A stretch of 64,000 nucleotides of DNA, taken from assembly GCF_009914755.1 (NCBI RefSeq), contig NC_060926.1; one strand, given 5' to 3'. Shown piece by piece: positions 57,471-64,000 of the stretch. The notes under the pieces are model-generated. The model had not been told where the DNA came from. It ran no database searches and worked only from the letters and a program-made list of their open reading frames with translations. How positions within the stretch are numbered: the first letter of the stretch is position 1; each line of letters starts with the position of its first letter. Source of the DNA: the human T2T-CHM13v2.0 reference genome, Homo sapiens. The translations under genes and the position numbers were made by a program.

Positions 57471-59116
57471 TCCTAAATCCACAGATACATTTTCATACAA
57501 GAGCTGTAACTGGGTTGGAATAGATATATGGCCTTTGATGCTTGTAAAATCAATATTTTCTCATAGTATATAACCCGAACCCCCAGCTGACAGTTTTTGA
57601 CTGATTTGATTGCCCATAATTCTTTCCTTATGACTTTGGACTGAACATTCTTCTCACGAAACTAAAAAATTCATTGTAAAGAGCCACAGCCTAAATTGTA
57701 AAGACATAATAGAATCCTTATAAATGAGAGAAGCAAATACAAGATGGTCATGTTAAAGAGAACAGTTAGAGGGAAAATATTGCTTTATCTTCTGGTTTAC
57801 AACATCTTCAGATTCTTCATCACAACTCCACAGAGGAAACCACATTTCATAATTCATCAATTGAAAATATGTTTTAGATTCTGGAACCATTCAGAAAACA
57901 GCAACTACTCACACAATTACTCAGTCATTTTGTTTCTGAAGTAGAATCACACAGGGATTCAAAATCTTTTATCTCCATAGGTATTGTGTAAAACCTGTTC
58001 CGTGCATATACACATGCATACAAACCTTATGCAATGAATATTTATTTTTTATTTTTGATAGTTATGGTAAAAAAATGCAAAGACAAAATACTATATGGAA
58101 TTAATTTATAAGGCATTGGATGGTGAAACCAGGAAAAATGTAAGATTGTAAGCAAATTCTGGGAGAAATTTAAATATCAGAATTTCAGTTTTTCAACTAC
58201 ATAAGGGATAGAATTTTAATCAAATTTATTTGCATTATAAAGTAGAGTAAGTACCATTGATACTAGATATCACTGTCCACTTGCATACCTGCAATCAAGG
58301 ATTGCAATCAAGAATCCTTATCAAAGGACTTTGTAATGTGGGATTTGGTTTTACCAGTAGGTAAGACAATACCTACTGATATTTACCAATAGGTATTTAT
58401 TTATTTATTTGGCAGGGCACTGATAAATCATGGCTGAAATGCTGTGGTTTGTTGAGTAACCACAATTTTAATCTAACTAATGAGTCTAAGAATATGAAAA
58501 TGGATTGAGATTTTAGGGGATGAACAGTTAAGAACAAAACAGGAAAACTTGTTTTATTGAACCTAGTTTTTTTAGGGTAATTCCTTGAAGGGCAAAAATA
58601 ATACTTTCCTTTTGTATAATTTTGCTTTACCTCAAGCAATATTATATTTCTTATGTGTTCTGCTATATCTTCTTTCTAATTTTTTATTATCCACATTGTT
58701 CTTCTATACAATATGCTACTGAGAAGACCTTCAAATAAACATCTCCATGTTTTTGTTGCCTATTTTTTTAAAAAAGGTCAAATCTCCATTTTCATGTATT
58801 AGAGTTCCTTACATGTTAAGAACAAATAACTTTTGGAAATATTTCAGCATTTGAATTATTTCAATGGCATAAAAATTGGTGGGCTTTTTTGTTTGTCAGA
58901 AAGCTATATTTTCTTTCTAAAACAGCATAACATTAGAGAGGGAAATTTTTTTAAAAAAAGCTATTAGAATAAATGCAAAGCATTAGTCAATGCTATTCCC
59001 AAGATATTTCAACAGATACTGATTATAGATAACTTGTTCCCCTGGAAAAAAATAATTTATTTAAAAACAAATTAAAAATACTTTTCATGTTTTAAAAAAT
59101 TCTTTTAAAGGCATAA

Positions 59117-59445
59117 TGCTATAGTTTGAATGTGTTTCCTCCAAAATCCAGGTGTTGCCAACATGATAATATTAAGAGGTAGGTCCCTTAAGAGGTGATA
59201 GACCATGAGGGTGCCCCTCTTCTGAATGTGATTAGGTGCCATTATAAAGTGGCTTGGCTCAGGGAGTTGGTTATCTCTTCCCCTTCTGCCTGCCACTATG
59301 TGAGAACACATCAAGAAGGATTTCACTAGATGCTGGCATGTTGATGTTGGACTTCCCAGCCTCTAGAATGGTGGGAAATAAAATTTTGTTCTTTATAATA
59401 TAAATTACCTAGTCTGTGATAGTCTGTTACAGTAGGACAAAGGCA
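59117..59445 (+). mobile_element. MSTD/MLT1A-like MaLR LTR
   Basis: tgctatagtttgaatgtg...ttggacttcccagcctctagaa...aattacctagtctgtg. Confidence 0.82.
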
Positions 59446-60649
59446 TATAGAAACCCTTTTTCTAGAAGACTAATTTGAGGATCTAAACACCAAAGAATAA
59501 AGTGTGTTTTTGTAATTATTTGTTTTTTCTTGCTGCAATTTTACTATCATATTTATTTATTTTTTAGGCCTATAAAGAATGTCTTTGTCAATGTCAGTCA
59601 AATACCCAGGAATAATGTGATGTAGTAGGAAAGTGATGGATGTCACGTTATACAAAGTTGGCAGTCGGGAGAGAATATCTACACTTATGTAAAAAGAGAA
59701 AGGTATGTGCCATGAAAGGTCCAAGGACTCCCAGCAGAAACACATACTTAGATCTGGTGACACTTCCTTTTACAGAGCAAAGCTCAAGTCACATTTCCTC
59801 TCAACCTTGCCCATATAACTGCTTCAATCTGTTCAGGCTTTTTTCCCTTTATATTAGTATTTAAGAATCTAAAAACTTATGAATTAAGATCAGCTACAGG
59901 ATCTTAATTGTAAATTAATTACAGCAGATGGTATGAGCTACTTCCAGCTGCTGTTCTAGCAACACCAAATACTCAATTGCCCTCTGAGAGATCATTAAAT
60001 TGACTCTTTGCTAAATTTTGCTCATTTCTTTTTGGAGACATTTCCTAATAATAAAAGGCACTAGGGTCTGAAATGTCAAGCACATGCAGTAGCTTGAAAA
60101 ATTATAATTTTTAGAGACCATAAGCTGTCACTTTAGATTGTGTTAGCACAGTACATACTGTGATCTTTCATACACAAATATCCCTTTGCCAGGGAGCTCT
60201 CTTTATCAGAAATTGAACTGATAAGATCGCCCTGTCATTGAGCTTTTTTTTTAAATCTCACTGGAATGCAATTTATCCTTCTTCCCATTTGTGCACCCTC
60301 AATATCTGAATGATCAGTAAATATCTCTATACCCATTGACTCAGTTCAGTAAAGTTTTGGGGGATTATGAAATGCATGTTTAATTTTTCCATGTTTGAAC
60401 AATCTTTTAATCAGAATATTGTATCATTCATTGTGAGAAGCTTCTGATATCTTAAAAATTTGAAAGGAAGGGGTGGCAAATAAAATATAAAACTGGGTCA
60501 AGATGAAGGAATTAGTAGTTGAATCATATTGCCATGTTTCTGGATTGTTTACCAGTTAATTTAATATACATAACATACAACCACAAGCTCTTCATGGGAA
60601 ACAACGATACAATTTTATTCCTCAAATATTTCTGAAGTTCTAGTGATTT

Positions 60650-61060
60650 GTTCTGAGCTCAACTGCTTTAAACATGATACTTTTGGATTATAGATAATGT
60701 GTTTCTGCTGGTGTCAGATGTGTTTGCTCACATGTTTGCAGTAAGCTGGAGGCTCTGCCCTAGCTGTGGCTTGACTGGGCACCTTAGCTGGGACAGTTCT
60801 GCCCCACTTGTTTCTCATCCTCTTTCCAAGGGAAGCTTTCTCTTGACAACAGAATAAGCAAAAGAGCAAGCCAGCCAAATCACACAAGCACTTTTCAAGA
60901 CTCCTAATGTCACCTCTGCTAACAGCGGATTGACCAAAACAACTCATACCACTGAGCTCAGGAGTAGGAAACTAGCCCTGCCCAGAATGGGATGATATGA
61001 CAAAGTCACATAGAAAGAATAGGGATACTGAGCATAATGAAGAGTGGCGGCATCAAGTCA
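60650..61060 (-). mobile_element. Old MLT1 (H/J-like) LTR
   Basis: agcaagccagccaaatcacacaagcacttttcaag...tctgctaac...ttgaccaaaac...caaagtcacat. Confidence 0.55.
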
Positions 61061-61224
61061 ACCAAAGACCATGATGTTTAGAATAATGGTACCTAGAAAT
61101 TTTTTTTAAGTCCACGGCTGGGGGGATAATATCCTATAAACTTTGTCAAGATTGCATCCAATTTATAACATCAAATAAAATACCTTTGATTGGCATGGTG
61201 AAGCTGCATCAAGGTGTGATTACA

Positions 61225-61410
61225 TGCTTCTATTTCACTACTCTCTAGTTAATTAGCCTTGGGTAAGTCAGTCAACTTCTTTAAGTCTCGGCTTCCTGTA
61301 AAACCACTGTGATTACACTATCTGCCCCACAGAGATGTTATAACAAATGAGATTGCCTATGTGAAAGCATTTTGTAAAATGTCAGCAAGGCTACCCTTCT
61401 GATTCATTAT
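61225..61410 (+). mobile_element. MIR
   Basis: ccttgggtaagtca...tctcggcttcctgtaaa...tatgtgaaagcattttgtaaa. Confidence 0.65.
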
Positions 61411-61545
61411 TAGTAGTTTGGCAAACCTCACTCTCCTTCCCAAAGTCAACTTAGTTTAGTACATAAATGTTGGGAATAAATGGGTTAAAACCCATTTAGA
61501 TAAAAACACACTCATTGCATATTTTCTGCATGGCACATATTAAAA

Positions 61546-61547
<2 letters not shown>

Positions 61548-61583
<36 letters not shown>
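61548..61583. repeat. (AT)18 microsatellite
   Basis: Uninterrupted 36-bp AT run. Confidence 0.97.
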
Positions 61584-61586
<3 letters not shown>

Positions 61587-62057
61587 TCATATGTGTATGT
61601 CACAGCTTCAGAAGACAATATATTTATTATTGTCACACAAAGTCATACAAAGTCATACATATGTATATATGGTCCTCAAGTGGAAGAAATTGCTCTGATT
61701 CTTACATAATTTTTTGTTTTTTTTAAAAAAGTATAGAATCTAACTCTTAATAGGTCTTCTGTGAGGTATCTAAATAAATAATAGATCCACTCTTTGCTTT
61801 TAAAAATACCCTTGACTTCATCACCACATCACTGATTAGAGTAGAATTTACAAGTTTTGTACAATAAGTGGCTTTCCTCATAGGAAACAAAAATGCAGGA
61901 ACAGTCTGGAGCATTTCCACAATTATATAAACTGAGTTTATAAGTTCTGAACAGACATCTGATTACCTTCCCATCCTGCAATTTTCTACTTTCTTTTGAT
62001 TTTCTGGCTGTCAAATGACTATGCTCTGAGCAAAAATAAAGATGTTATAATTAGTTG

Positions 62058-63115
62058 TGTTGTGGGAAGTCAGGGACCCCAAACAGAGGGACCGGCTGAA
62101 GCCATGGCAGAAGAACATAAATTGTGAAGATTTCATGGACATTTATTAGTTCCCCAAATTAATACTTTTATAATTTCTTATGCCTGTCTTTACTGCAATC
62201 TCTGAACATAAATTGTGAAGATTTCATGGACATTTATCACTTCCCCAATCAATACTCTTGTGATTTCCTATGCCTGTCTTTACTTTAATCTCTTAATCCC
62301 GTCATCTTTGTAAGTTGAGGATGTATGTCGCCTCAGGACCCTGTGATGATTGCGTTAACTGCACAAATTGTTCGTAAGCATGTGTGTTTAAACAATATGA
62401 AATCTGGGCACCTTGAAAAAAGAACAGGATAACAGCGATGTTCAGGGAACAAGGGAGATAACCATTAGGTCTAGCTGCCTGTGGGCCTGGCAGGACAGAG
62501 CCATATTTCTCTTATTACCAAAAACAAGTAAGAGAAATATCGCTGAATTCTTTCCCCAGTAAGGAATATTAATAATTAACAGCCCTGGGAAAAGAATGCA
62601 TTCCCAGGGTGGGGCCTTTAAAATGGCCACCCTGGGAGTGTCTGCCTTATGTAGATGTAGATAGGGATGAAACATGCCCTAGTCTCCTGCAGCACCTCTA
62701 GGCTTGCTAGGATTAGGAAATTCCAGCCTGGCGAATTCTAGTCAGACTGGTTCTCTGCTCTTGAACCCTGACAATGCATGTAAAGCGGGACATGGAAGTT
62801 CATTAGTGATTCTAGTTTCGACCTGACCTTCTGCCTTGTGATCTTTTGTCACCCTCGAAGCATGTGATCTCTGTGACCCACACCCTATTCGTACACTCCC
62901 TCCCCTTTGAAAATTGCTAATAAAAACTTGCTGGTTTTACTGCTCGGGGGCATCACAGAACCTGCCAGCATGTGATGTCTCCCCCGACACCCAGCTTTAA
63001 AATTTCTCTTTTTTATACTCTTTCCCTTTATTTCTCAGACCGGCCGACACTTAGGGAAATAGAAAAGAACCTATGTGAAATAACATTGAATTATCGGGGG
63101 TGGGGTCCCCCAATA
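62058..63115 (+). mobile_element. MER11 (HERV-K11/HML-8) solo LTR, MER11C-like, 1058 bp
   Basis: Starts tgttgtgggaagtcagggacccc and ends ggtcccccaata. Internal 91-bp tandem duplication, AATAAA at 62919, TSD agttg on both sides. Confidence 0.93.
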
Positions 63116-63877
63116 AGTTGGAGTATTTTTTTGACTCCTAATTAAACTTTGTGATTTTTTTAAATAAAGCACTTACTATGTAGCAAAATGCTTTTTCATG
63201 GATGTCTTTTTATATCCTTTATACTTTTTATCTTTTAAAATAATTTATAAGAAGTACCATATTTTTATGTACTTTTGAATAGTATTTAATGTGTATTTAG
63301 TATTTAATATATATTAGATTATAATACAGTGAAAAAATGATAAATGTTTATGTGTACATCTTAATACATTCTATTATTTCAGTTTTATAATTGCTATGTA
63401 TGTAAACTTGCATTTTTATATGTTTATTTGTTTGAATACAGTAAAGAAATAGAAAATAGTAATACTATTTAGATCATGCAATGAGCATGCATTTCTTTAA
63501 AAATTAAAATAAATAGAATTTTAATTATAAGTATTATAACAGCATGTTGATATTAAAAACAAAAACTAAACTTTAGAAAAGAATTCTTAGAGTAAAATAT
63601 GTGATTATTTTACACTGGTTGTGCTCTACATTCCATTAAAACAAACTCTCTACTGTCTTTTCTTTTTGGCAAGTCAGACAAAAATAACTGAGAAAAGCAG
63701 GTATTGTATTCCAGTCACATTCTGAGTGAGGGGAAATTGAATATTGCAGTTAACTGGCTATTGACTTGGTTTAACATTCGCCTATAACTAACTGATAAAA
63801 TATTTCAATTAATTTATTTCAAAAAATCTTCTAAATTTTATAAGTTTTATGTTGAAGTGAATTGAAAATGTGGTTTA

Positions 63878-64000
63878 GGCCAGGCCTGGTGGCTCACACC
63901 TGCCATCCCAGCACTCTGGGAGGCTGAGGCAGGTGGATCACCTGAGGTCAGGAGTTTGAGAACAGCCTGACATGGCAAAACCCTGTCTCTACTAAAAATA
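63878..64000 (+). mobile_element. AluS left arm, cut by window end
   Basis: ggccaggcctggtggctcacacc...ctctactaaaaata. Confidence 0.93.

Noticed and set aside
62113-62295. 91-bp tandem duplication as a locus-specific event
   Set aside because: As I recall, this is a regular feature of MER11 consensus sequences.

Overview
AT-rich, gene-poor primate (human-like) genomic DNA made up mostly of interspersed repeats. I found no intact protein-coding gene, RNA gene or CpG island. Every long ORF in the track that I can recognise comes from L1 ORF2, Alu or LTR sequence. Main contents: (1) 1-10582, a multi-layer nest in which one MER66-like ERV1 provirus appears to sit inside a related one, with a 5.5-kb old L1PA, a THE1 LTR and two Alus inserted later; (2) 38594-40478, a twin-primed (5'-inverted) L1PA with target-site duplication (TSD); (3) 43266-43759, a MER51-like solo LTR with a perfect RFX X-box; (4) 46632-50688, a two-LTR non-autonomous MER61-like provirus with a tRNA-Ile primer-binding site (PBS), polypurine tract (PPT), two tandem gag-start remnants and an env-tail remnant; (5) 62058-63115, a MER11 (HERV-K11/HML-8) solo LTR; (6) about a dozen Alus plus many old L1M, L2, MIR, MaLR and DNA-transposon fragments and microsatellites. 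I see no support for a novel biological system. The findings are structural or regulatory oddities and candidate exons. Subfamily names are from memory of consensus sequences and need RepeatMasker/Dfam confirmation. Boundaries of old repeats are approximate.
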